A DNA stretch of 64,000 nt from Lingula anatina (GCA_051362555.1 JBPQGU010000016.1:558001-622000), one strand, 5' to 3'. Positions 38,431 through 51,676 are shown, numbered from the stretch's first letter. The notes: generated from the letters alone by a model not told the origin. Made by a program: numbers and translations.

Positions 38431-41400
38431 GTGATTAAACACAGACGTGAGACATGTTTAGATAACATCATGAAAACATACATGTTTAGCACAGATTGAC
38501 TGGCACACAGAGACAGAGACGCACACAAAAGTGAGAGGGGAACACCGTGTACACGTACACAACCAGTATGCTCACATACACAGATACACAGAGAGACTCA
38601 CATCAGCTCGCAGGTATGGACGTGAATTTACGCGTTCGTGCAGGCTCAAACATCAAAGTGAAACATACACATTGATACACCTGATGGCGGTCTGTACATA
38701 AACAAGCAAACATTTGTACACACACTCAGATAGAGAGCGAAACAGAGAAAAAACACGGAGAGAGGTGGAGAAAATTGGAGTGAGAGAGATACAGAGAGAA
38801 AGACAGATTTGGCTTATTCCAAACAATATAAAAGTCTCGCAATAAAGTATACAAAAAATGTTGAAAGATAAAAGTAACCCGCAGGTGAATAATAATAATG
38901 AAGTGTGTCTAGTATTACATGTGCATATCGTTATAACTGTCCAGTTGATGGGGAAGTAACATGCAGTTGAGTAGAGTGGTAAACCATGCAGAGGCAGTCG
39001 GCGGGACAAAATAGAGATTAGGACAGCTCATTGCGATTAGACACAAAATGATAATGATAAAGAATATATAGTAAGTTAGGCAGTTATAATAATTGGACTG
39101 AGTAGACAGGTGTTAGGGCCACAAACTCTGGGATGACAGCAGGCGGGACAGGGAAGAGATTCAGGTGGCTTTCTCTGTTTTGAAATAAAATAATTACGAC
39201 ATAATCTGCTGAGATCATTTGGCACTGTTGCCAGTCAAAAGTGGCCTGTAAATCCACCTTTTTGTCTGGTACTGATTTGGTTGTAAAGACTGTGGGGTTA
39301 TCAGCTCTAAACATGTACTAGTATAGACATACGTGTAATTAACACATTCTCTATAATTTCACCTTTATACTCTTAGTAGTTTTATATGAGAAGTAATATT
39401 GAAATATATATAGATGTTCTAAATTTAGGTTTTTATTCCTCTGAGGTTATTGTGACTTAAGATTAATGTTGTTGATGAAGGTGTCATATGTAAAATATTT
39501 TACTGATTTTTCTTTAGGTGTTGCCAATGAAATTCCACATTTCTTATTTGGCTAAAATATAATCAATTCATTTGCCTATAAAAAAATTCATTTTGGATTG
39601 AATGGAGCATACAATTTTTTTATGATTTTTCAATATTTTAACATTTAATTGTTGATGCCAGCTTGTTGGATTTACAAAATAGCAATATTATCTAATTCAT
39701 GCTCAAGTTCTGTAAGTTCAGTTAAGAAGGCTTAAGACTGCAAAAACTAATCAATCTTTCATAAACATGAGAAACATCTAATTTAATTACAGGATGTGGT
39801 TTCCTGCAACAGACATCAAACCAAAGTGAGAAACCTATTTTCTCTCATAATATATCATATATTATATATACATTTCCTTGCTTTAATCCTTTGTCGTCTG
39901 CTCCATTTCCAGATTTCCCAGAAAAATACCAAGACCTAATTTGATTTGAGGAAATAACACCAGAGGACAGTACTGGAGTTCACCACCAGAGGGCACTGCT
40001 GAATTTCACCACCAGGTGTCACCACGCTTTGACTCTATATCTACAAGTGAATCCCTCGAGTGGATTTTGCAGGAAATCTTTGCCAAAAACACAGATATTT
40101 TGCTTTGTACAAGAAGGATAGAAAGGACTTGATACATAATGGATTAAGACTTAAATGAGTTAAGGAAGACTGGTCGAGCAAAGGGTTAACAAGAATTGTC
40201 TTACAGGTAAGAAGTTGTGTAAATGTGATTATGCAAGATATTAAATAATTAAATGTAACAGGAATTAGTTGATTTAAAATGACTTATTTGAAGGCATTTA
40301 ATTGCATTGATAAAACCCATGACAGTTTATCTGTTTTTATTATATGGGTTATATTTCCTAGTGCCAAGTCTTGCATTGTATAATATTATGATTGAAAGCA
40401 CCACAATTTCTGAGGATAAGATGTTGGAAGTAATCAACTTTTCTCCACAAACTCATTTTTCAGTTACACACTTTTTGAAATTGCATATACAGTCAGCATA
40501 TATAAGGATTCACATCTCTCATCTTTCTGTGTTTTTATATTGATAACAATGTGGATTTCTTTTGATTTGACTTTGCAGTTAAATGGTATTATATGTTGAC
40601 CCAAAAGCTAAGGCATGCATGCACACATGCGTGCACACGCACATACACACAAATGCCGAATATCAGGTATTACTTAAAACTAATCCATTTTGAAATGTTA
40701 TCAAAATGCACTTTGTGTCTGGAGTGGCTAATTAATCTGGAAGTTGTTGCGCTATTTTCTGAAGTTTCTTACTTTTTGTTGCTGTTTTCTTTCTTTTTGT
40801 TGGAGTTCTTCATGGTCTGTGGTACTCCTTGTTATGCAGGTAGGATAAGATGTAGAAAATTTATTGCATCAGGATTTATAGATATAAAGGAAGTAAATTT
40901 GTCAGATTGGAGGAAAAAATGTCTGATTGGAGGGAGAAAATGTTCTCGATCAATGGAAGGTGCGTTTGCGTGATTACTTTGGAGTGGAAAGGGAAATAAA
41001 TGTACATGATTGATGGAAAATGAGGCCATTAGGAGCTCAAGTGTACTAAATTTTCTTTAGATAAAAAGCATGTGTTCTTTCATGTTGAGACATCATTGCC
41101 TAACACAAGCAGGGGAGAAGATATTACAATTTAATCTCAGTTTTTGAATCAATGGATTGTGGCTTTGAGTGCATCTGAGATGTGGAGCTCTTTTGATTAA
41201 CTTAAAAAAAAAAAACATCAGGTGCTGCTTTCAGAAAGCTGCTGTAGATTTTTAAGACCAAACTTTGAGTTTTCTTAAAGACATATAACATAATGACATA
41301 TAAGATAATTGAGCAGTATCTTAGAATGAGATATTTCCTCTCAACTCTTATTTATTTAATTGTCTGTGTATGTCATACACACACATATGTAAAATTAGTA

Positions 41401-41464
41401 CTGTAGAGAGTCCGTAAAATTTATCTGTAAACATTTTAGTGGTCAACAGAGTTGAAAGTAAAGT

Positions 41465-42595
41465 ATTAATGGAATATTGTGCCTAATTTATACCATGAAG
41501 TGCATGGCTATTGTTATGGACAGATACTTTTAATTATATAAATGTGCATATTCTTATACAATCGTATGTAACTCTGCCAATATTCAGCCAGATGTTTTGA
41601 AATCACATCAGATCGACTAGTTTCCATGTTCTGGAGCATCAAATACCCAGCTAAATGGATTTTCTTTCACTTCTATTTATAAATTCTCATTTCATTAGAC
41701 TCTCTAATCGCTGTCTAGACTGGGGGAGCTGTATTTGTGTATTGGACTGAGTAAATTGAACATCAACACCATAGAAATGTGGCTTAGAGCATCCTGTACA
41801 TGCCTAATAGGAATCTCATACACTAAGCAGAGTTTGCACAGTTAGTCATGACTTGTACTGTACATGATTTTAGTCCATGTTGAGTTGTGGTGCCCCCCCC
41901 TCCACCCCCCCACCCACCCCCCCACACCCCCCCACCATGAATCATGAAAGAGGGGGAAAACTACATTGACAAGTGTTGTTTTCCTCCTCCCCTGATCCCT
42001 AACCCCCAGTATCAGTGTTAAATACACTCTTTCATTTTGTACTATGATAAGTGTTTATCCAGAAAATTATTTCATTATCTTCATCAGTGAGATTGTGTTT
42101 TGTCTATTAGATAACAGCCTAACTCAAAAAGTTATGGACAGTTATTACCAAAATTTACATGATAAGTCGGAAATGGGTGAACTTAAAATCAGTTAGGTTT
42201 GGTGATGCATAAATTGATGAATTAATAATAATTTGGGCTGCTTTGGGAAGAGTTTTTGCTCTCGTGAGTGCTTTTCAAGTTCATTCATTCATTCATTCTC
42301 CTAGTAAACAAGACCTGAGTCACAGTTTATCTGGTTTACGAAGCCATTGTCTGCACCAGTCTATGGTGTAACATTGAGTGCGATGACCTCATTCTCTCCC
42401 TCCGAGTCTTTGTTTCTTAGCACACAGTGTATACAGTTATTAAGTAGTAAATTAAATGGAATGTGGTGCCTAATTTTCACCAAGAAGTGCAAGGCTGATG
42501 TTAAGGACAGGTACATGTAGTTTGAATTATTTCAATGTACATGTTCATATACAATCTGATGTAACTCAGCCAATATCCAGCCATCTGTTTCAAAA
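41465..42595. repeat. Two diverged direct copies of about 140 bp (41465-41600 and 42451-42595)
   Basis: Shared ATGGAAT...GTGCCTAATTT..ACCA.GAAGTGCA.GGCT...ATGTAACTC.GCCAATAT.CAGCCA. Confidence 0.75.
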
Positions 42596-43214
42596 GTCTT
42601 TGTTTGTTAGTACACAATGTATTGTGTGCTGCAGTGTATCGCCTGCAAGGACAACAAAGCCCGAGTATTGTGGGGATATTTGTGTGCTATTGTGTTAGTG
42701 TAACGTCGTAATATTTGTACCTGGCCTCAGATTCATGCTGGTCCCGGAACATGGTACAGACACCAGCTGTTTTGTGTGAGTAAACTTATGTAAGAGAGTA
42801 AATTTTACTACAAGCTGAGATGTTATTGAATTTTCTAAAAGGGTGCTGTATGTCTGGAGTAGGTTGTATGAAAATAGTGGGAGTTTTCATCCACTTTGAG
42901 CAGGTATAAATCAGTTACAGCTCACTATGTCAAAGTGAAGTGTTGGTATTGTCGTTTCTTCACGTGTTTTAGCAGGTAAGGTTGTGTGTACAGTCTCAGA
43001 TCTGAAGTTAATGTGTGTGTGTGTGTGTTTGAGAGTGAGAGAGAGAGAGAGAGAGAAGAAAAAATGAGAGAGTGCTGATGTGAGAGAGAAAAAGAGAGGG
43101 AGGAGGCTTATGTGTTTGTCTCCTTGAAGGAAAGGTTACTATCACAGTTACTTCTAGATCACCCATAAAACCTTAATTGATTAAAGAATGTAGCATATTC
43201 AATCTACAGTGCTG

Positions 43215-43262
<48 letters not shown>

Positions 43263-43544
43263 CACTGTAAGCTGAGGCAACTCATGGTAACTGCTCATTC
43301 CCTCCTTAAAACCTTAATTTTAAATACGCTAAGGCACTTTCATTCTGCAGTGCAGATCCTTGTAATCCATTTATTTCCAGCATACAATGCAGGATATTGA
43401 GTTGTTCCATAATCTCTGAGCCTCCTGCTGTTCTTCACCCTGGTATTCAAAGGTTTCTGGAAAACAACCTATGCATGCTGTTAATAGAAAATAGTTTCCA
43501 GTAGTCTCTGTATCTCAGGGTGTATTATTAATGAACCACATTAG

Positions 43545-43832
43545 AGCGTGTTCAGAACAGATGATCATGGACTAACTGATCCGTGGACTAAATATGGCAG
43601 ATCCCACCTAAAAGCAGCACTGCTTCATCCTCTGATGGTCTCCCCACCTCTACATGCGCCATTGATCAGATAAAATCTCAGCTCCGAGGTTTAATTGCAA
43701 GGCCCCTACAGCGACAGGGTGTGTGGAGGCAGGGGGGTCATCAGGGAATTAGTGACATTGCTTTTACTTGAGGCCGCCATATTTAGTCTGTGGATCTGTT
43801 AGTCCGCGGATCAACTTGTTCTGAGTGACCTC
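43545..43832. mobile_element. Family-B-related MITE (longer subfamily)
   Basis: TCAGAACA..TGATC..GGACTAAC.GATCC..GGACTAAATATGGC with its inverted counterpart at the right end. Confidence 0.75.
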
Positions 43833-45239
43833 TTAGATAATACCCCAAGTTTCAGAGATTAATGGATAGTTTGTTAAGTAAAAAAACAACCAAAGGCCAA
43901 AAATATATATTCCTTCGTGGCAGAGGCAACCAGATGAAATTAATATGGCTAGGGTTCAAACTACAGCGAGTACAGTAAGCTGATGAAAATTGATTGGAAA
44001 CAAGCTTTTTAAATTAGCGACCTAACTACAGGCTGTGATTATCATTAGGCTCTAGTTCAGTTGATTAAGACTTCGTCCTGTTTTGAGACATTTGCAAGAC
44101 TACATTTCCCTTTGTCCTTTTTTTTTTAACATTTACCCCAGATCTTCATTTGTTTGATTTTGGTGTGATATTCATGAGAAGAATAGATTTTAAATTAACT
44201 AGACTTGGTTGTTTTTTTAGGTGATATAAAGTGATACTTGATTTTTGCATTTGCTTTAGTACATATTATCCTGGTAAAACAAGTTTTAGGAAAAAGTTTA
44301 GTCATTTGGATTGAATTGATTTTGTTTCCTTTTGTCTCATGTTGTATGAAAAAATTATGGATGATAAAAATTATATAATAAAGTATAGTATGAAGTATAA
44401 GGACATTTTAAGTGTAACAGCTTGAAATTGATATAGCTTTAAACATTTTTTACTAAATTATTAGGTCTTCTTTTACTAAGATTAAGCTGTAGATAGCTCA
44501 GATTTGTTGCAGAAAAAAATTTTGAAGTTGTCTAATGACCTAACTTGCAATGGCTCATTTACTCATTGAAAAAGGAAAAAAGAATTGTAATCAGTTGATC
44601 TTCTCAGCAGTATGGAGCATATTGAAATAGCATCCCCATTAAGCAATTCAGCAAGGAGCTTGATGTCATGGTTTAAAGAACAGATTAAATGGGTTCTATT
44701 TATAGAAAATCACTTTCTAGTTGCGATCATTTTTCACTGCTGCAGGAAACCTTTACAACTATATTAGCATGTTGTTGTGTTCACAGCCAGACTACGATAC
44801 TCTGGATAAAGTGTGAATGATGTGGTCAGAGGAAAAGGTGACAAAAGGAACAATCGAAAGTCTCATGATATATGTAGTCTGCAGTGTTAACACTGGTTCC
44901 TTGAAAAAAGAGGGTTAGATAGAAACTGGACTGGTCAGTAAAACTGTGTAAAATCTGTTTAGTTACTGGTCACCGGTTTTCCTTTCAGCCAATAGTTTCT
45001 CAACCCCGGTGCCTATCTTGGGTAAGAAAGTTTTGGGCAGCAACTGTTTAAGGATGTGATGATAAAGATTTTTGAGGATATTTTGTTCCAACTCATTCAC
45101 ACCTTTGCAAGGAGTTGTTTAATGGTATTTCTTGTACATTGAAATATCTTGTTATATGGACGCGATGGTAAAACTTGGAATTTTTCTTCTTTGCCTTGTA
45201 ACCAGGACTTTAGGGGGCCTTCCTACAGCACTTGAAGTG

Positions 45240-45449
45240 GGGCCCACTCCCAATTAATAGATCCACCCAAACCTGTGGGGACTCTTGCCAAATGCAATCA
45301 GATTAACTCTCTTTTCGTTTTGAGAGGGCCAAATGCACACAAAAGTAAATTTACTCCCTGCCTGCTCGAGGATGCTTGTCATGCAGTTAATCTAATTGCA
45401 TTCATCTATTAATCTACATAGAATTATAGTTTTATTGGGAATGGACCCT
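45240..45449. mobile_element. Degenerate MITE related to 51002-51257
   Basis: CTGTGGGGACTCTTGC and GCAATCAG are shared in inverted orientation. Ends in GGGAATGGACCC. Confidence 0.5.
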
Positions 45450-45926
45450 TAGGCTGTATAACAGGGGTTCGAAAGCAATTTTGCTATACTTAAATTTCAA
45501 CTTTACCAGCTGAAGTCCATAGCTTTTTGTGCTACAGTAGTTTAAAGTTAGTTGATTCTTTCATGTAATGCATTGAGAGCGTTAAAAACCAATAGTGACT
45601 ATGTTTTAAAGCAATTGGTTTGAAAGATATGCGTTTTGGGGAAAGGTTGGCTCAAACGTTTGGTATTTAACTGATTAGAACAAGAAGTTATTTTGCATCA
45701 AAGGTTTCTTCAAGCGAAGCGGGATTTTTTGAGACTTTGGAATAGGTAAGATTCTGAATGTCAACTTTAAAGAGATTGTGGCACATTGGCTCACTTTTTC
45801 AGGTAGTTTCTGCACTGGCACTATACATGTAACAGTAGTGACAGATTCACTGACATATAAGTACATGTAAGACCTTCGTCTACATTCTGTCTCAAGTGCA
45901 GGCATAGAATGAAAGATGAAGTATAC

Positions 45927-45995
<69 letters not shown>

Positions 45996-47520
45996 TCAAA
46001 GGTAATACAAATGAACAGCAACTGATTTATAGGAGAAATAATTTGGAGGATCCTCTTATTAATGCATTATTATAGCTATGTGCTCATTTTTTTCCCTTTG
46101 GTATTAATTTCAGAATCCTGCTGAAGAAAAGCACAAACTCAACAGAAAACATGGAGGAACTTTGAAATTATCTCAACACTTTATGAGATTGGAAAACCAC
46201 ACTGGACAAGGATAGCTTTGAAATACCAAATTTACTGCCAGACTTTCTAAGAACCTTTCAAGAAGAAACCTGAACCACATGAAAGCATCTGCAGTGAACA
46301 ATATTTCCACATTGGTTGGAAAATCAGACTCGGTGCATCATTGCCTTAAGGAACAGCAATATTTTGAGTGCTAGAGAACTGGAGCAGGAAATAAGTTCTC
46401 TCTAAATCACCTAATCAGCGGCATCAGGCAATGCATTCTGAAAGAGCTCTAAATTGCCATCGTTATCTCACAGTGCACTTGATGATGAATGATCACGAAA
46501 AGTCAGCTTGGGTCACAGGAGACTATTGACTTGATCACCAGACAAAGTGGCTTCTTCAGCTTTGGTCATATTCATTATAAAAACACCGTGGATCTTATGA
46601 CATCAACAGTATCAAGAACAACACCGAGATAGCACTGTTTGTCACTGAACAGTGTAGCAGGCTTCATTCTGTTTGTCTGTGGAGACTAGAAAGTAAAAGT
46701 AACAGTCCATTGTAATGTAATTTACAGAAACATATCCTGGAGAGGAGTGGGTTTCAGCACCATTTACCAGGGAATTGTGAAACTAATGAAGACTTGACAT
46801 GGAGAGATAATATATACCACATAGACTAGAAATCCATGCTGCCTTTTGTGACACTTCATTTTCTACATATATTTATCAACGTAGCACATCCTGGGGATTA
46901 TATAATTGGACATTGTGAGTGGCAGGATTTTTTTCCTGATGGTGATAGGATTGTATCCTACTGTTGATAGGATTAAACTCTGCTGATAACAGGATTATAT
47001 CCTGCAGGACATAGGATCATGACTTATCTGTGATAGGAATAAATCCTACGAGTAGTAGGATTATACTGCGCTGACGCCGGAATATATATCACATATCAGA
47101 CATATAAGACATAACACAGAAGCCTACGTGTCATAGAGAGGAGCATTACATGTAATAGCAGATGCCAATATGTAATGTATTAATTCTGCTGAATTGTGTT
47201 CTCTTACATTAACCGGGACATAATGTGAAGCTTGATGTGTTTAAAACTCATGGTTCAGACGTCATTTTCATTATATTTTCCCATTGCCTGTCCACTGGGA
47301 TGAGTATTCATTACTGTACCAAACTGGAATTGTGTGTAGCAGTTAGCTGTTCTGTACATGCAATTCCAGAATCTTGATTAAACTGCTGTATTGGTTGGTC
47401 CTGGAGGCAACTTAACCAGGTACTGTTACACAATCACACAGGAAATTTTCTCCTGTAGTCGTTTATCCTCAGGGCTGCAGACAGATATTGGGAAATCTTT
47501 TAAGTCTTAGAACGCCGTCC

Positions 47521-47615
47521 ATGTCTTCAGATTACGCGTCAGGAAGTGTAACGTTTGCTCTGCGGGCCACCCAATCGATGAAAATGCGAAGGCGACTGAG
47601 TTTACCAATAATTAG
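47521..47615 (+). CDS. TMCC: Candidate alternative first coding exon of TMCC (MSSDYASGSVTFALRATQSMKMRRRLSLPII)
   Basis: ATG-initiated, GC-richer open frame ending AG|gtaaca in phase 2, compatible with the exon at 48815. Confidence 0.6.
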
Positions 47616-48814
47616 GTAACAGTTTGTGGTCTTATATACCCCCCCCCCCCTCCAGGCAACAGCTCTTGATTTTGTATTGATGTCTGAATGTGGTTAACAT
47701 AATTTATATCCAACTTTCACATGTATTATTATGGGAATTTATTGTTAATTTGAAGTAAAGCTACCCACATGTTAAACTAAATTTTTGTATATATAAAAAT
47801 ACTTTGGCTTTGCTAAATTATCTATTTCAACCTGGTATAAAACAGTTTATAAAGCATAAGGATAGCACTCTTTTTTTTATATTGATTTTGTAATTTTTTT
47901 ACTTTATACAGTCTTTTTTCTTTCAGATAGGTACTTGAATGTTTGGTGTGTACATGTGAAATATTTGTGTACTGTCATCATCAGTGTGGTAGTGGGAACG
48001 GTTGTTGGAAGTTTTGAATTGAGAGAGGGAATATGTGTGTTTATGCATGCTCGCACATGTGCGTATGTCTTCACTTTTGGAATCTATGTTGGTCTTTTCC
48101 ATGTGGGTCATAAATATTTAACTGTGTGTGGATCATATAGTTTAAAACTTGAAGTTTGGTGCGTGCATCAAGAGTGTGTGTTTAAAGGATTTTGACTGTG
48201 AACTTTTATCATGAGTAGGGTACGTAGTGAAGGAGAGAAAATGAAAGAATGAAAAGAAATTAGTGCATGATTGTATGGTTGTTTGTGTTAAGCAGCATGT
48301 CATACTTGTTCAATCAGTTTTCAGTTGTATATGATATGTGTGCACAGTGGAGAAAACACTTATCTTAGAAGCATTTATCTTGTCTGTGTGACATATTTCA
48401 AGATCAGTTTACAATAATCTTTGTCTCCGTTTAGGGAAAGTTTTATGAGTCTAAGATCAATATTGCTGTGTGCTGTTTAATTAAGAGATGATAGATGACA
48501 TTTTGGGGGGCATGGAGTGCTATCTGGGTCATTTGATGAGAGACAAAACAGTCAGTTTTAACACACGAAATCAAAGATGCAATTTGCGTGTGTGCATGAG
48601 GGTGTATGATGTGGCATGTGCATATGATGTTTCTAGGTCTGTTCAGTGGTTTTTGTGATAATGTTGACACCTCTAATTATATTTGCTTTCATTATGCTTT
48701 TATAGAATAATTTTATGAAATAGTTGCTTTACCAATATAATGCAATAATTTGATAATGATAAACATCGTAAATGTTGAAATTCATGTACTAAAAAATATT
48801 TCTTGCTATTTCAG

Positions 48815-49034
48815 GAAAAAATCAGATGCAGTTAAGCCTCCTCTCAAACGAAAGAAAAGTCCGCTAACTTTGAAGAAGTCTGGGGAGACAGGCAGTAATG
48901 GGGGTTCAGGAGGCAGCGGGGTCGCAGTCAATAGGCCGAGATCTGTTAGTGCTGGCGCTAACACTCTGGCTGCCACTTTACCCGCTGAAGAGGGCGCCAC
49001 TCTTAGCCAAGAAGAGCTACAGACGGTAGGAGAG
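48815..49034 (+). CDS. TMCC: TMCC-family exon (KKSDAVKPPLKRKKSP...ELQTVGE)
   Basis: ttcag| acceptor, GAG|gtgaga donor, phase 2-0. Confidence 0.85.
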
Positions 49035-49345
49035 GTGAGATTGTATTTCTTTGATGTTCACTGTTTTTCATTTTATTTTTGTTTTATTTTCTTTTGAACC
49101 CTGATGGTGGTACATTATTTATTCTTAAACCACTATTGGAAACATCGTATGCTTGATATTTTGGTGTCTGGCGTGGGTGGTTAATTGGTGAAATCTTTAA
49201 TTCCAACATACTGTGAAAATTTGCCATAAGATACTGTAACGAAAAAAACAAAAAAAAAAGATGATCATTGTTTCATACAAGTGTTTGTTGATTTATTTAT
49301 TGATATATTTATTTTAATTTGATTAAATGTTATTCTTATTTACAG

Positions 49346-49514
49346 GACAGCACTGTCTCTTCAGCCAATGGAGGATCAGAGTCTGGCTGGGATGATACGG
49401 ACACGGCGGCGGGTGACGTGGACCCACATCGCACAAAGGCTGCCTGCGAGCACCTGCAGCATAAGATACAGAAAACTAAAGACTTAATTAAGGGAGAACA
49501 GGGAGCAAAAGAAA
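49346..49514 (+). CDS. TMCC: TMCC-family exon (DSTVSS...[31 protein letters not shown])
   Basis: Start of the conserved TMCC coiled coil (DP.RTKAA..HLQ.KI.K). Canonical splice sites, phase 0-1. Confidence 0.92.
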
Positions 49515-49679
49515 GTAAGAGATTGTGGGAAATTTGGATGATTTTTTTTAAAATTCAGCATAGAAGTTTGACAAAATTAAAGAGTTTAAGAAAAACGCGA
49601 AGTGAAAAAAAGTCAGAACCATGGAAAGAGCTTGTGGGAAAATTGGATGATATGAACATGATATTTTATTTATTTCCAG

Positions 49680-49905
49680 AGAATGTAAATGAATACCTCA
49701 AACTCGCCTCTGGTGCCGACAAGCAACAGGTTCAGCGGATAAAAACGGTCTTCGAGAAGAAGAACCAGAAATCAGCACAAAGTATTGCGCAGTTGCAAAA
49801 GAAACTGGAAAGTTATCAACGGAAACTTAAAGACGTTGAGACCTATGGGGTATCTGCTCACAAACCCGCCAAGGAAGTGCTGCGTGATATGGGACAGGGA
49901 ATAAA
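49680..49905 (+). CDS. TMCC: TMCC-family exon ([45 protein letters not shown]...)
   Basis: Hallmark TMCC/TEX28 motif. ccag| and |gtaggc sites, phase 1-2. Confidence 0.96.
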
Positions 49906-50166
49906 GTAGGCACTCTGTGACACTGAGCCCTTGTTCGAAAAAAAAAATAGATTTGTAGATTTAGCATTAGACTCCAAAAAAAGCTTGTCGTCTGTGAGTT
50001 ATGGAGGTATTTTGTTTTTTAGGGTCTCCACGACACTTCTATTGTGCAGTATTACAGAGTTCATGGAAATGTAAAAAGACGCTATAGGATATTCTGTATC
50101 TTTCAGATTTTGATAGTAACCATAAGGATTTTTTAATGTAATATGATTAATTTTTTACCATTTTAG

Positions 50167-50211
50167 AAATGTGGGAGGCAACATTAAAACAGGCCTAACA
50201 GGATTTTCTGG
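50167..50211 (+). CDS. TMCC: TMCC-family small exon (NVGGNIKTGLTGFSG)
   Basis: 45 nt, canonical AG/GT, phase 2-2. Confidence 0.85.
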
Positions 50212-50354
50212 GTAGGTAGTCCACATTTTGAAAAATCCTCCCATGTTTTATTTTTCAAAGTCTCATTACATTTGGCTTATATTGCTATAAAATGATTTTC
50301 TTTGTGAAATCATTTTGAAAATATGATGTTATTTTGAGTGTTTATCCATTTCAG

Positions 50355-50387
50355 AGGTGTTGCCAGCAACATAAGGGGTGCTACAGA
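50355..50387 (+). CDS. TMCC: TMCC-family micro-exon (GVASNIRGAT)
   Basis: 33 nt, ttcag| and |gtaagt, phase 2-2. Confidence 0.8.
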
Positions 50388-50602
50388 GTAAGTGCTTTTT
50401 TACCTAATTATTAGTTGGGAGTCGGATATGATCTGTCGTTTAGTTGAGATAAATAGCATTAAATATGTACTTTGTTCTCACCGAAATAGCCAAAGCAATA
50501 CCCAGAATTTCACAAAGATTGAATCCGATATAATTCTTCAGCATTGTTTTAATCAAGTTTTTTCTTGATTCACTGCAAGATATGCCTTGATTTTGTTTTC
50601 AG

Positions 50603-50682
50603 TGCCATTGTATCCAAACCCAGGTCGTTTGCACATTTAATAAAAAATAAATTTGGAAGTGCTGACAACATAGATACCCTCA
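50603..50682 (+). CDS. TMCC: TMCC-family exon (AIVSKPRSFAHLIKNKFGSADNIDTL); alternative end at 50691
   Basis: Conserved SKPR...LI.NKFGSADNI motif. Two GTAAGT donors. Confidence 0.93.
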
Positions 50683-51001
50683 GTAAGTTGGGTAAGTGGC
50701 CCTCTAGGGGGCTGCATGTTTTCTAGCAGTGTTTTATATTTCTGTTTGCTTATAACAATAAAACTTAACACATTGAAGCAAGCTATGTCGTTAACCACTA
50801 GTTATGGGATATTGACCTATAGAAATGGTGTTGGGCTAGCAAAAATAAAGACAGATTTTTCAAAGTTATTTGACCAATGCAGCAGGGGGAAAAATTAAGG
50901 GGTTGTGGGTAGTTTTTCCAACCTCCGAAAGTTTTATGTCTTTACGAGTATTTTAACCCAGACTTGTATTTTGAAGCCTGCTCAGTTGGGTAAGAAGCTA
51001 A

Positions 51002-51257
51002 GGACCCATTCCCATAGACACCATCAATCTAAGTAGATCAATCCAACTGTGCTGGGACCCTCCCTGAGTGCAATCAGTTTAACAGATTTATGCGCCATCT
51101 TCTGGGGTAAAGTAAAGTTGAGGACAACCAGTGATTATACAAGTACATTGGACTCTAGAGGAGGCGTGTCATTTAGTTAAGCTGATCGCAATCAGCAAGA
51201 GTCCCCACAGAGTTGAATCAATCTATGTAGATGGATGGTGTCTCGGGGAATGGGGTC
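51002..51257. mobile_element. MITE related to family A in a TMCC intron
   Basis: CCCATTCCCATAGACACCATCAATCTAAGTAGAT / ATCTATGTAGATGGATGGTGTCTCGGGGAATGGGG inverted ends with TAA/TTA flanks. Confidence 0.75.
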
Positions 51258-51349
51258 TTAGACCTAGTTGCTGGATAAAATCTGGTTCTTTTCAAGTAAA
51301 TTTAGTTTAATTTTGAGTTAATTTTTTTTTTTTTAATTTTTATATACAG

Positions 51350-51422
51350 AAAATATAGAAGAAGGTGTACGCGGCCATGAGGTCGGGAAGGAATATCATG
51401 GAAGTGGAACGTTACCAAGCAG
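51350..51422 (+). CDS. TMCC: TMCC-family exon (NIEEGVRGHEVGKEYHGSGTLPS)
   Basis: tacag| and AG|gtattg, phase 1-2, fits both neighbours. Confidence 0.85.
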
Positions 51423-51676
51423 GTATTGTAAAACATTTGGGCCATTCAACTCTCTAGTTTCCCGTTTTTATGTTCATTTATTCATTTTCTAGCTAATTAT
51501 AACATGTGTTAAGGCTAATCAACCAAGAAATCACACAAAGATTGTAAACTGTACTTGGTCCTAAGAAGAGCTCACTTTCGCCATGTCAAATCAACATAAA
51601 ATTTGAGTCTTGTAAAAGAAAGTGATGTATTTAACCATACAAAAATATAACTTAAATCTTAACATTATGTGGTCAG

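Noticed and set aside
40140-40212. Strong-looking donor CAG|gtaaga; similar donors near 9769, 31134, 38241 and 42976
   Set aside because: For those checked (9769, 38241, 40207, 42976) I found no ATG-initiated frame in phase with downstream TMCC exons. They could be UTR exons but this is unsupported.
42020-42280. Possible Helentron-associated repeat fragments (also about 21190-21470, 25440-25540, 26215-26380)
   Set aside because: Only a vague resemblance, with no second copy or defined ends in the window.
135-43400. Many 60-130 aa ORFs rich in VC, HT, ER or LS
   Set aside because: They arise from (GT)n, (CA)n and (GA)n microsatellites, with no splice or domain support.
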